44,733 bases of DNA from Candidatus Micrarchaeaceae archaeon (GTDB taxonomy: Archaea; Micrarchaeota; Micrarchaeia; Micrarchaeales; CABMGC01). Positions 8,893 to 18,268 of the stretch are shown here, in pieces; within the stretch, counting starts at the first letter, position 1, and the number at the start of each line of letters is the position of its first letter. The DNA lies in assembly GCA_038877255.1 (NCBI GenBank), contig JAVYWZ010000005.1, positions 1 to 44,733 on the forward strand, in the 5' to 3' direction. The position numbers and the translations under genes were made by a program. Below the pieces are notes generated by a model, which searched no databases, was not told where the DNA came from, and worked only from the letters and a program-made list of their open reading frames with translations.

Positions 8893-11448
8893 ATGCGTAT
8901 GCCTATCGATGACACAATTAAGACAAGTTCTACAGCAGAGCACGGCACTGGCAAAAATTGGCATTATACTTTTGCTATAGGGCTTGCGGTTCTTGTGATA
9001 TTGCTTATCACCATATACTTAAGAATTGGCATGCTTAAGTACTACGGCTTTTACGAGCCTGACGATTATTACCACTTCTCGGTAATACGCGCAGCAGTTG
9101 CGAACAATTTCATAGTGCCAATGTATTTGCGCCTATCGGGATGGCCTGCGCCAACAATAACTGGCGAGCCAAAAGGGCTCTATTACACGGTGCTTGCCCC
9201 ATATTTCGTGCTGCGCTTCTTAGGAATTAGTTATTACACTATAATGCGCTACATTGCGCTTATCTTCGGCATTTTCGACGTTATTGGCGCATATTTTCTG
9301 GCGAGATACCTTAGCAAAGATAAACTCTTCGGGCTGCTTGCCATGCTCTTCGTCGCTCTAAACATGGGCGATGCCGCAAGAACAAGCGCGCTTATTTTCA
9401 GGGGCGACAGCTTCGTAACATTGTTCATAATACTTGCTCTCGTCTTTGCAGTGGCGATGTCAAGGGCTACGCAGAAAAAAAGGAAGCTCATGCTTGCAGT
9501 GCTTGCAGGCTTCACTCTTAGCATAGCGAATTTCGTGTGGAACGGAGCTCCGTTTACTACTGTTGTATTTATGCTGTTCTTCATACTCTTGCTTATTTTC
9601 GGGTTTGTGTTTGACAACAAGAAGATGCTCTTAAACGCGAAGTACTTGCTTGTTTCTTTCGCTGTGTGGTTTGCTTTCGTATCGCTTTACAGGTACGCGT
9701 ACCTTATAATGGGCCAAACGTTTACAGGCCTGCACTTCATTCCTATCTTTGTGCTGTTTGTGATTGGCGCGTTCTTGTTTGATTTTTTGGCTAAAAGGCT
9801 TAATGACAAGAGCGCAACGCAAAGGGCCGGCATTTTCATACTCGTATTTGCGCTAAGCTTCTTAGTGCTATATGCCATATTTCCAACTTATGTAGTAGAC
9901 ATAGTCAAGAGCGGCAGCTTCCTAAGCCTAAGCCCAACCAGGTTTGCCGAAACCATAGAAGAGTTGCAACCGCCAAACAGCGCGTTTCTGCAAGCAAGCT
10001 TCGGAATGCAGCTTTATCTTGTGCCTATGAATTACGCAATAATAGGGTCAACATTTTCTAGAATCAAGTTTGGGTACTGGTTTCTTATGATTGCGCTTAC
10101 ACTTCCTTACTTCTTTATGCACATATTCGACAGCAACGGTTTTAACAGAGGCAAGGCAAAGCTGCTTTTCGGCTATGACGAGGCGCTGCTTGCAGTTATA
10201 GCCTATTTCATAACAACTGCATATTTGCAGATGAACGCCATTAGATTCAATTCGCTCGTTTCAGTGCCTCTTTCGATCTTCGCCGCATATACTGTCTATT
10301 GGCTGATTTCTTTTGCAAAAAGGAGAAAAACCGTGCATATCGTTGGATTGGCGTTTCTTGTTATTCTTATAGTAGGCATGTTCTCGTTAGACATGTTATA
10401 TACTGCAAACCTCGCGCCTGCTGACGAGATATGCCTGCCCCAATTCTTCTGCTACACACCTTCAAATCCGCCAGTAGTGCAGGCACTGTCTTGGCTAAAG
10501 AACAATTCGCCAAGCAACAGCGTCGTGCTTACCCTTTGGCCAGACGGCTCGCTTGTGGAAGGCATTGCAAACAGGACAAGCGTTACCGATAGCGTAGGAT
10601 CGCAAAACAGCAGCAAGGCTAACCCATTTGCAGCATGGCTCCTCAATAGCAGCCCTGATGCAAAGTTTCTGCTAACGCCTATAAATGGCAAGCCTGATTA
10701 CTTGCTAACAAGGTATGCTTGGCTAGTTGAATTAGGAGGCATATATACTGAGAGCGGCTATGGAATAAACAATTATACTAATAGAACCTTTGTTGGCGAG
10801 CTTCTCAGTGCACTTTCCAAGAACCAGTATAATTTGCCTTTCACTTCGCTGAATCAAAGCCAGGCAAATGTTGTAGACAATGAAGCTAACAGCTATATAG
10901 AAAGCCTTTACGGGGCCGACGAGTTTACAAGCGTAAATGAGCAGGAAAACAGTACATCAGGTACGGAAACGCTTACGTTCAGCGGCTATTATATTGGCAA
11001 TTATTCTTATATTAGCAAGGTAATAATTCAAAGAAACGCCACTGGTCAGCACGTAGGCGCATTTCTGTTTGTTACTAATGTCACTACTAAAGTCACTACA
11101 GCATCAATGTTTGCAAACGTAATATTCTACAATATGCAGAATGTAACTTCTTCGATACTAAACCAGGCGGCATACACAAGCAACACCAACTCTTATTCCT
11201 TGCTAGTAACTTATTCTCCGCTGCCTAGCACCAAATTGCCAATAAACATAACAGGCGCATACATGGTAGCTCCAAATCTTGCAAAGAGCAACATGTTCAA
11301 ATTCTTATACGAATGCGGCTATTCATACTGCCCTTGGAACAATACAATCGCCAGCCTGAAGCTCGTATATTCAAACCTAGACTCCAAAATATTTGAAATA
11401 ATGTACAATGCCACTAATGCGACAATAAGAAATATCACTTACCATTGA
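8893..11448 (+). CDS. aglB: Oligosaccharyltransferase AglB/STT3 family with non-canonical WWDYG motif
   Basis: EPDDYYH, TIEE, many TMs, and ALSWLKNNSPSNSVVLTLWPDGS...ANRTSVTD at the position of the WWDYG motif. Confidence 0.85.
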   Translation: MRMPIDDTIKTSSTAEHGTGKNWHYTFAIGLAVLVILLITIYLRIGMLKYYGFYEPDDYYHFSVIRAAVANNFIVPMYLRLSGWPAPTITGEPKGLYYTVLAPYFVLRFLGISYYTIMRYIALIFGIFDVIGAYFLARYLSKDKLFGLLAMLFVALNMGDAARTSALIFRGDSFVTLFIILALVFAVAMSRATQKKRKLMLAVLAGFTLSIANFVWNGAPFTTVVFMLFFILLLIFGFVFDNKKMLLNAKYLLVSFAVWFAFVSLYRYAYLIMGQTFTGLHFIPIFVLFVIGAFLFDFLAKRLNDKSATQRAGIFILVFALSFLVLYAIFPTYVVDIVKSGSFLSLSPTRFAETIEELQPPNSAFLQASFGMQLYLVPMNYAIIGSTFSRIKFGYWFLMIALTLPYFFMHIFDSNGFNRGKAKLLFGYDEALLAVIAYFITTAYLQMNAIRFNSLVSVPLSIFAAYTVYWLISFAKRRKTVHIVGLAFLVILIVGMFSLDMLYTANLAPADEICLPQFFCYTPSNPPVVQALSWLKNNSPSNSVVLTLWPDGSLVEGIANRTSVTDSVGSQNSSKANPFAAWLLNSSPDAKFLLTPINGKPDYLLTRYAWLVELGGIYTESGYGINNYTNRTFVGELLSALSKNQYNLPFTSLNQSQANVVDNEANSYIESLYGADEFTSVNEQENSTSGTETLTFSGYYIGNYSYISKVIIQRNATGQHVGAFLFVTNVTTKVTTASMFANVIFYNMQNVTSSILNQAAYTSNTNSYSLLVTYSPLPSTKLPINITGAYMVAPNLAKSNMFKFLYECGYSYCPWNNTIASLKLVYSNLDSKIFEIMYNATNATIRNITYH

Positions 11449-11613
11449 GCCTAAGCTAGAAAAGCAACTGTTGCTAGCGTATAATAAACGTCTATTGCGC
11501 GCTTGCATCAACGCAGAGAGAAAAGAACTATAAACGATGCTAGACATTGCCATGCTCGGCTTCAGCATGCTACAGTTCTTAAAAATATAGTATCATAGTA
11601 TTATTGTGGTTTT

Positions 11614-12513
11614 TTGCTTAAATATTATCTTCTCGAGCTGCTCGATCCGCTTGTGATAATAACGCCATTGAGCTCCTGCGTTGGCATAGCGCTTGCCTTT
11701 CAATATGCAAGACCATCGCTCGCTAAAATTCTTCTGCTTCTTGTTGCGCTCGCCCTTGCGAACATGGCAGTAAATACGTTCAATGCTTACGAAGACTATA
11801 AAAGCGGGCTCGATGTCGAAGCAACAAGGACTAAATTCAGCGGCGGAACACTCAAGGCAAGTTACCTTGTAAGCGGCAAGATAAAGCCCAGGCAAGCGTT
11901 GCGGCTTGCGCTTTTCGTGTTTGCAATCGCGTTGGCAACAGGAGTTTATTTCGTGATATCTGTGCCATTGCTTCTTCCGATAGTGGCAATAGGTGCTGTT
12001 ACGATACTGCTTTATACCAAGTCCATTCTTAAGGTTCCTTTCCTTGCAGAATCTCTTCTTGTTATAATATATATGCTTGTCCCTATAGGCGCATTCGTTG
12101 CGCTTACCGGTATTGCTTCGCATCTATTGCGTGTGTTCTTTGTCTCATTTCCTGTAGGTGCGCTTGTCAGTATGGTCTTGCTCATGAATGAAGTTCCAGA
12201 TGTGCAAGTGGACAAAAAGCATGGCAGGAAAAGCATGGCGGTAATGGCGTATAACACAGGCACTATAGGAAGCATTTACTTAGTGATACAGCTTCTGGGC
12301 GTTTTGGTTCTTGTTCTAGGTGCGTTATCTGGATTGACGCCAGCTGCAAGCCTTTTGGCACTTCTAGCTCTGCCTTTCATGCTTGCTGCATATGCGGGCA
12401 TAAGAAAATATGAAAATCCAAAGCAGTTCGAAAAATACATGGGCTTCAACGTGATCTATTTCTTCTTATTCCTAGTGCTTCTTATAGCTGGCATTGCCAT
12501 TCGTTCCTTATAG
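11614..12513 (+). CDS. UbiA-family prenyltransferase, MenA-like
   Basis: NTFNAYEDYKSGLD, NEVPDVQVDKKHGRKS, multiple TMs. Confidence 0.85.
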   Translation: MLKYYLLELLDPLVIITPLSSCVGIALAFQYARPSLAKILLLLVALALANMAVNTFNAYEDYKSGLDVEATRTKFSGGTLKASYLVSGKIKPRQALRLALFVFAIALATGVYFVISVPLLLPIVAIGAVTILLYTKSILKVPFLAESLLVIIYMLVPIGAFVALTGIASHLLRVFFVSFPVGALVSMVLLMNEVPDVQVDKKHGRKSMAVMAYNTGTIGSIYLVIQLLGVLVLVLGALSGLTPAASLLALLALPFMLAAYAGIRKYENPKQFEKYMGFNVIYFFLFLVLLIAGIAIRSL

Positions 12514-12547
12514 CATTTCTTATAGTGTTCCTTATACTATATACTAA

Positions 12548-13399
12548 TTAGAATGATTGCTGATTTAGCCTTATTTCTTTCAAGTGCTTAATCAGTAGCA
12601 TTTGGCCGCTGTTTTTAGGTAGTGTATCAGCAAGCGCGAGTGCCTTGTCTATATACTCGTTGTTTATTTTTACTGCCTGCTTTATAGCTGGCCTCGATCT
12701 CTTGCCATCGTGCTTAATTATGTCAATTACGCTCGCGCCTTTTAAATCAGGTTCGCCTTCTAAAAAGTCAAGCACATCGTCGCGTATCTGAAAAGCAAGC
12801 CCCGCAAATAACCCTATTCTGTACAATCTTTGTACAAGCGGGCTTTTCTTGTGTATTGCTGCAATGCTGAGCGATGTGCCTATTAGGGATGCGCTCTTTA
12901 ACTCGGCAGCAGTTAAATACTGCTTAATACTGGTGCTTTTTGAAGCAAGCTTCGCGTCAATGAGCTCGCCCGCACACATTTCAAGCGCAGCGCGCGATAG
13001 GCTTTCCATTACTTCTTTTCCATATGCCGCAGCAAACGATACTGCTTTTGATATGAGCGCATCTATTGTTAGCATTGCAATGTCGCTTCCATATTTGACG
13101 TGAACAGCAGCGATGCCTCGCCTTGTGCTGCTGTTATCTATTATATCATCCTGTATCAACGAAGAAACGTGTATGAGCTCTATTGCACTGGCAAGATTTG
13201 TGTAATCTTGCTTTTCTTCGCCTATTATTTTTGCGCCTATAAAGACTAATGCAGGTCTAAGAAGTTTTCCTGGGCTCTTGAGCAGATAAACAGAAGGCGC
13301 ATAAAGCTCCTTTATTATGAAGTCATTAGCGTTCATTGTGTTTATCTTTTTAAGCGTTCTCGCAAGCTGCTTTCTTATGAGATTATCACTATAAATCAT
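12548..13399 (-). CDS. Polyprenyl diphosphate synthase (GGPP synthase-like)
   Basis: GKLLRP, SLIQDDIID...RRG (FARM) and FQIRDDVLD (SARM). Confidence 0.92.
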   Translation of the reverse strand: MIYSDNLIRKQLARTLKKINTMNANDFIIKELYAPSVYLLKSPGKLLRPALVFIGAKIIGEEKQDYTNLASAIELIHVSSLIQDDIIDNSSTRRGIAAVHVKYGSDIAMLTIDALISKAVSFAAAYGKEVMESLSRAALEMCAGELIDAKLASKSTSIKQYLTAAELKSASLIGTSLSIAAIHKKSPLVQRLYRIGLFAGLAFQIRDDVLDFLEGEPDLKGASVIDIIKHDGKRSRPAIKQAVKINNEYIDKALALADTLPKNSGQMLLIKHLKEIRLNQQSF

Positions 13400-13452
13400 T
13401 ACAAACACTCTGAAAATACTATGAATAGTCAAGCAATATTAATAAAGCGTTC

Positions 13453-14760
13453 TTACATGCGAAGCGCAGCTTTTTCTGATGCGATTCTAAATTGAATATT
13501 GAATTGTATTGCCGAATGTATGAAAGCGGCAAACGACCAATTGAGTTTCTGTATTGGCCCTTTATTGTTTCTGATCAGTTCTGCGCCGTAAGCGCTTTCA
13601 GGGTGCGCCGGAGCCAAAATCTCCTGTTCAGGCATCGAATGACTGTAATTGTCTGCTATATAATCTATTCTTTTCTTTGCGCTATCAATGTCGCCTCTTG
13701 AAAGCTTGTAATTGGCATATTCAAGGCCGAGCAGCAGCCAGCGCCCGCCGCAGAAATACTCGTCATGCAAATTCCTTATCGGCAGCATGTAGTTGCTAAA
13801 AAGTTCTTCTTCTATCTTCTTGATAGTTTTTTCTTCAACGCCCTCGCCTAGCTCTTTGTTGCTTATCCCGAATTTTGTAAAGGCAAAAAGCTCTTCAGAA
13901 TCAACACCAAAATAAGTGTCTGGTTCTTTGAAAGGCATTCTCCTGGAATATACAATGCCGTCTTTTACAAAGTCTTTTAGCGCTCCTATTATACCTCTGT
14001 TTTTGTATAACTCGTTAAACAGCTGCTCAATTTTGTCAGCTGTAATATTTGCAATTCCACTGCTTGCAAATTGCTTCAGTACTTCTTTTGCCTTAAAAAT
14101 CGCAGCTACATTGTAAAAGTATATATAATTAGTTTCTGGCGTCTCCCACGAGTCTGAAGAAGGTGTTTGGTATATCTTGCCCAAGTAACTCGACCAAAGC
14201 TCAGCATGTTCTTTTATGCTGTTCTTTTCGTATTCTGAAATGCCGACTGTGTTTTGTTCGTTATATATTGCTAGCAGCACAAGCGGCAGTGTGTCGTATT
14301 GCACGAGCCACCTATCATTCATTGTGTCGTTTATTTGCTCTTTACCATCGGAGCCTTTGAAAAGTCCAAAATGCTCATTTATCCTTGCAGGTATGTGGCT
14401 GCTAAGCATATAAAATTCTTTGTCTTCGTATTTAAGCGCAAGTGCGCGCTTTATCGAATCTGTATAATATTCAATTGCTCTAAGGTTGAATGTGTTTATT
14501 CTGTTTGCTGCATTTGCTGCAGCTTCTGATAATTCTGGATTTGCATGTTTGAAGAAATCTGCGAAGTCATCAAGTGCTATTGCTATATGGCTGCTATCGC
14601 GGAACCAGTGCGGCGTATAAAAGAAATAAGTGCTTGATGCTGATATGTAGCCTGTATCCTTTACCTGACCTATGAGGTATTTTGCAGCGTTGCACACCTC
14701 ATCATAATAAAATATGTTGTTTGATTCTTGTTGCCTGCCTATTCTGGAAAAGATTTCCAC
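13453..14760 (-). CDS. Glycoside hydrolase family 15-like (glucoamylase/trehalase-type alpha/alpha barrel)
   Basis: WFRDS, QYDT, DSWE, MPEQ and LNWSFAAF match GH15 conserved segments. Confidence 0.7.
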   Translation of the reverse strand: MEIFSRIGRQQESNNIFYYDEVCNAAKYLIGQVKDTGYISASSTYFFYTPHWFRDSSHIAIALDDFADFFKHANPELSEAAANAANRINTFNLRAIEYYTDSIKRALALKYEDKEFYMLSSHIPARINEHFGLFKGSDGKEQINDTMNDRWLVQYDTLPLVLLAIYNEQNTVGISEYEKNSIKEHAELWSSYLGKIYQTPSSDSWETPETNYIYFYNVAAIFKAKEVLKQFASSGIANITADKIEQLFNELYKNRGIIGALKDFVKDGIVYSRRMPFKEPDTYFGVDSEELFAFTKFGISNKELGEGVEEKTIKKIEEELFSNYMLPIRNLHDEYFCGGRWLLLGLEYANYKLSRGDIDSAKKRIDYIADNYSHSMPEQEILAPAHPESAYGAELIRNNKGPIQKLNWSFAAFIHSAIQFNIQFRIASEKAALRM

Positions 14761-14876
14761 TCTATTTTAGATCCTGGCAAAATTTATATAATATAATGTT
14801 GTCTTGCTTGTCGTGTATTTGTTTGCGTTTGCCAATGCCTTCGCTAAGCGCGTTTCCAATCTACATATCAAAATAG

Positions 14877-15030
14877 GTGGCGTCCTCCCAAAATGAATTC
14901 GTGGGCTTCCTTATAATAGGAAGGCATTTAACGCAATTAATGTCACAAGCCCTGATGGAAAATGGGCATTTCTATCTCTTCTGTGGCTTATATGCCATTG
15001 CCAAAGCACATTGGCTTTACGCCACAACAG
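14877..15030 (-). mobile_element. Miniature IS200/IS605-type element, family A, copy 2 (both ends present)
   Basis: Minus strand reads TTTAT|ctgttgtggcgtaaagccaatgtgctttggcaatggcatataagccac...ggaagcccacgaattcattttgggaggacgccac. Near-identical to 6648-6777. Confidence 0.8.
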
Positions 15031-15060
15031 ATAAATTACTTACTGAATAAATCATAAAGC

Positions 15061-15345
15061 ATGGGTCAATCATTCGATGCTAACACTTTGGATCATGTTG
15101 CAGCGCTTGCTAGACTTAAAATCAGCGACATAGAAAAAGAGAAGTTCGCAAAGCAATTGAGCGATGTGCTTTCAATCTTTGATCTTCTCGATAGCGTAGA
15201 CACCACAAACTCAGAAGCTGCGTTTCATCCTATGAAGATAAAGGCCAAGGTGCGGGAAGATAAACAAGAGAAATGGCAGTGGGACCCGCTTGCGAACAGC
15301 AAGCACAACGAAGGCAAATACATAAAGAGTCCAAAAATCCTGTAG
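15061..15345 (+). CDS. gatC: Asp-tRNA(Asn)/Glu-tRNA(Gln) amidotransferase subunit C
   Basis: HVAALARL, VDT, VRED, YIKSPKIL. First gene of gatCAB. Confidence 0.93.
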   Translation: MGQSFDANTLDHVAALARLKISDIEKEKFAKQLSDVLSIFDLLDSVDTTNSEAAFHPMKIKAKVREDKQEKWQWDPLANSKHNEGKYIKSPKIL

Positions 15346-16740
15346 GTGATATTTATTGAATCCGTTAAAGAGCACGTTGACAACGCAAACTCCGGAAGCA
15401 TCGATCTTGATGATTTTGCAGCCCATGTATTGGAGCAGGCCAGGCGCATACAGGATAAGTTTTCGCCATTCATAACCATTGCAGAAAGGCTCGAGCTTTC
15501 TGGCAAAGGCAGACTTGCAGGCCTGCCTGTTGTAGTAAAGGACAATCTTTGCACATTTGGCATGCGCACCACTGCAGGTTCTAAAATACTAGAAAATTAC
15601 ATACCGCCTTTCGATGCGACCGCTGTTGCTTCTGCAAATAAGGAAGGCGCAGGGGTTTTAGGCAAAACCGGAATGGACGAGTTCGGTTTCGGAACGTTTT
15701 CTACAAATTGTGCTTTCCAAATACCGAAAAATCCAATAGACGCATCGCGTTCATGTGGTGGCAGCAGTGGCGGTTCAGCATGCGCCGTTGCGGCTGCCGA
15801 TTTTCCTGTGGTATCTATAGCAGAGTCCACGGGAGGCAGCATAACCTGCCCTGCAGCATTCACAGGCACAGTAGGACTTACGCCTACTTATGGCTTAGTA
15901 TCGAGATGGGGCCTCATAGATTATGCAAATTCTCTTGACAAGATAGGTCCAATAACGAAAACAGTATACGATGCCGCATTAGTGTTGAGCGTGATTGCTG
16001 GAGCTGATTCAAAAGATTCCACATCGCTTGACATTGAGAAAAAAGACTATACGAAAGCAGTAGGAAACGATTGCAAAGGCATGCGCATCGGCATACCAAA
16101 AGAATATTTTTCAGATGCAGTGGATAAAGGGATTAAAGACAAGGTTTTTGAAGCCGTAAACAAAATGGAAAACGAAGGCATAACGTGCGAAGAAACATCT
16201 CTGCCTTCTACCGCTATCGCGATACCAACTTATTACGTAATTTCAATGTCAGAGGCATCTACCAATCTTGCAAAGTTTGGCGGCCTGCGATACGGCCTTC
16301 AGCCAGAACTTGAAGGAAGCGTGCAGGAATATTTTACAAAGACAAGAACTATGGGCTTCGGCGAGGAGGCAAAGCGCAGAATAATACTTGGCACTTTCAT
16401 GCGGATGTCTGGTTACAGAAACAAGTACTACATTAAAGCAATGAAAGTTAGGAAGATAATAATAGACGAGTTCAAGCATGCATTCGAAAAGTATGACGCG
16501 CTAATAGCGCCTTCAATGCCTATACTGCCCCCAAAGTTTAGCGAGATAGAAAAGCTTGAACCTGCACAGATTTACGGCGTTGATGTACTTACAGTTGCGC
16601 CAAATTTGGCGGGCGTCCCTACGATTTCTGTTCCATTCGGATCTGTTTCAGGCCTTCCTGTGGGCGTGCAGCTCATTGCAGACCATTTGCAGGAGCAGAA
16701 GCTTATTGCTCTTGGCAGTCTTTTAGAGGCGATTAGATAA
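15346..16740 (+). CDS. gatA: Amidotransferase subunit A
   Basis: VKDN, GKTGMDEF, GGSSGGSA, ESTGGSI, GFGEEAKRRIILG. Exact start uncertain (see findings). Confidence 0.96.
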   Translation: MIFIESVKEHVDNANSGSIDLDDFAAHVLEQARRIQDKFSPFITIAERLELSGKGRLAGLPVVVKDNLCTFGMRTTAGSKILENYIPPFDATAVASANKEGAGVLGKTGMDEFGFGTFSTNCAFQIPKNPIDASRSCGGSSGGSACAVAAADFPVVSIAESTGGSITCPAAFTGTVGLTPTYGLVSRWGLIDYANSLDKIGPITKTVYDAALVLSVIAGADSKDSTSLDIEKKDYTKAVGNDCKGMRIGIPKEYFSDAVDKGIKDKVFEAVNKMENEGITCEETSLPSTAIAIPTYYVISMSEASTNLAKFGGLRYGLQPELEGSVQEYFTKTRTMGFGEEAKRRIILGTFMRMSGYRNKYYIKAMKVRKIIIDEFKHAFEKYDALIAPSMPILPPKFSEIEKLEPAQIYGVDVLTVAPNLAGVPTISVPFGSVSGLPVGVQLIADHLQEQKLIALGSLLEAIR

Positions 16741-16754
16741 ACGACTATAGCGAT

Positions 16755-18152
16755 GTGATGATAGGGCTAGAAGTTCATGTGAGGCTCACCACTGCATCGA
16801 AGCTTTTCTGTTCATGCCCTAATATGGAACCTGAAGAGCCAAACAGCAACGTCTGCCCTATTTGTATGGGTTTTCCAGGGTCAAAGCCCTCGCTCAACGG
16901 CAAAGCGATAGAGCTCGCAGCGATTGCAGCACTTGCCCTCGGCTGCAAAATAAATGAGGAAATAGCATTTTCAAGAAAGGTTTATTTTTATCCAGACCTG
17001 CCAAAGAACTTTCAAATAACGCAATACGAATCTCCAGTGGGCACCGAAGGTACTCTCGTATTAAGTAAAAGCAAAAAGAAAATAGGCATAAGCAGAGTTC
17101 ATGTTGAAGAAGATCCCGCAAGGCTAGTCCATGTAGGCGGAGACATAACAAGCGCCGAATACGCACTTGTAGATTACAACAGATCTGGCATGCCACTGAT
17201 AGAAGTAGTGACAAAGCCTGAGATGAATACACCTGCAGAGGCGCGCGATGCGGTTTACACGCTTGCGATGATGCTAGGTCATCTGGGCGTTTGCGATCCA
17301 AGCGCAGAAAGTGCGATACGTGTAGATGCAAATATATCTCTGAAAGGCGGAAAGCGCGTTGAGATAAAAAACATAACCGGATTTGCAAACGTGGAGAAAG
17401 CGCTGTTGTTCGAAATTGCCAGGCAGAGGCAGCTGCGCGCGCAGGGAATAAGCATAGAGCAAGAAACGCGGCACTTTGATGAGCAGCGAAAGTTGACCGC
17501 TTCTCTCAGGAGCAAGGAGACAGAAGAGGATTACGGTTATATTTTCGAGCCAGACTTGCTGGTTTATGAAATTAATGAGGAATATGTAAACAAGCTGTTG
17601 CCTGTTTTAGAGAAATTGCCTTCTAAGCGCATAGAAAGACTCATAGAAAAATACGCAATAGATGAAAAGATGGCAAAGATCATAGTATATGAAGGCAAGC
17701 CTTTCGCTGATTTCTTTGAAGCATGCGCTGATTCTTTCAGTGATAAGCGTCTTCTTGCACGGTGGTCGACAGGCGATTTGCTGAAGTGCCTTCATTACAA
17801 CAAGATAAGCATAGAGCACTCAAAGGTTACGCCAGAGAATTATGTAGCGTTTTTAAACCTTATAAGCAAAAACATAATAACAGAGCGGCTTGCCAAGGAG
17901 CTGATAAAAGAGTTTGTAGCAAGCGGCAAGAACCCCGAAGAGCTTGCTAATGCAGTTAACCGAAAAGGCGCAGCTGAATTAGAAGAGGTAATAAAACAAG
18001 TAATAAGCGAGAATGGAAAAGCATTTGCTGATTTCAAGAATGGCAATGCAAAAGCGCTGCAATACCTGATAGGCCAGGTACTTGTTAAAACAGGCAACGT
18101 CGCAGATCCAAAAATCATAGCAAAGATGCTTAATGCCCGAGTAGCTCAATAG
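16755..18152 (+). CDS. gatB: Amidotransferase subunit B
   Basis: IGLEVH, KLFCSC, YFYPDLPK, DYNRSGMPLIE, RSKE..DYGYIFEPDL. Confidence 0.97.
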   Translation: MMIGLEVHVRLTTASKLFCSCPNMEPEEPNSNVCPICMGFPGSKPSLNGKAIELAAIAALALGCKINEEIAFSRKVYFYPDLPKNFQITQYESPVGTEGTLVLSKSKKKIGISRVHVEEDPARLVHVGGDITSAEYALVDYNRSGMPLIEVVTKPEMNTPAEARDAVYTLAMMLGHLGVCDPSAESAIRVDANISLKGGKRVEIKNITGFANVEKALLFEIARQRQLRAQGISIEQETRHFDEQRKLTASLRSKETEEDYGYIFEPDLLVYEINEEYVNKLLPVLEKLPSKRIERLIEKYAIDEKMAKIIVYEGKPFADFFEACADSFSDKRLLARWSTGDLLKCLHYNKISIEHSKVTPENYVAFLNLISKNIITERLAKELIKEFVASGKNPEELANAVNRKGAAELEEVIKQVISENGKAFADFKNGNAKALQYLIGQVLVKTGNVADPKIIAKMLNARVAQ

Positions 18153-18207
18153 GTAGAGCGACCGGCTGTTAACCGGTAGGTCGTCAGTTCGAGTCTGACC
18201 TTGGGCG
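18135..18207 (+). tRNA. tRNA-Asn(GTT), intronless, no encoded CCA
   Basis: Cloverleaf with acceptor GCCCGAG/CTTGGGC, D-arm GCTC/GAGC, anticodon arm ACCGG-CTGTTAA-CCGGT and T-arm GTCAG-TTCGAGT-CTGAC. Confidence 0.95.
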
Positions 18208-18268
18208 CTTATGTTTAGCTTAAGTAATCAGTATTAATGACTTTCTATAAATTCATATTGGTGGTTTC

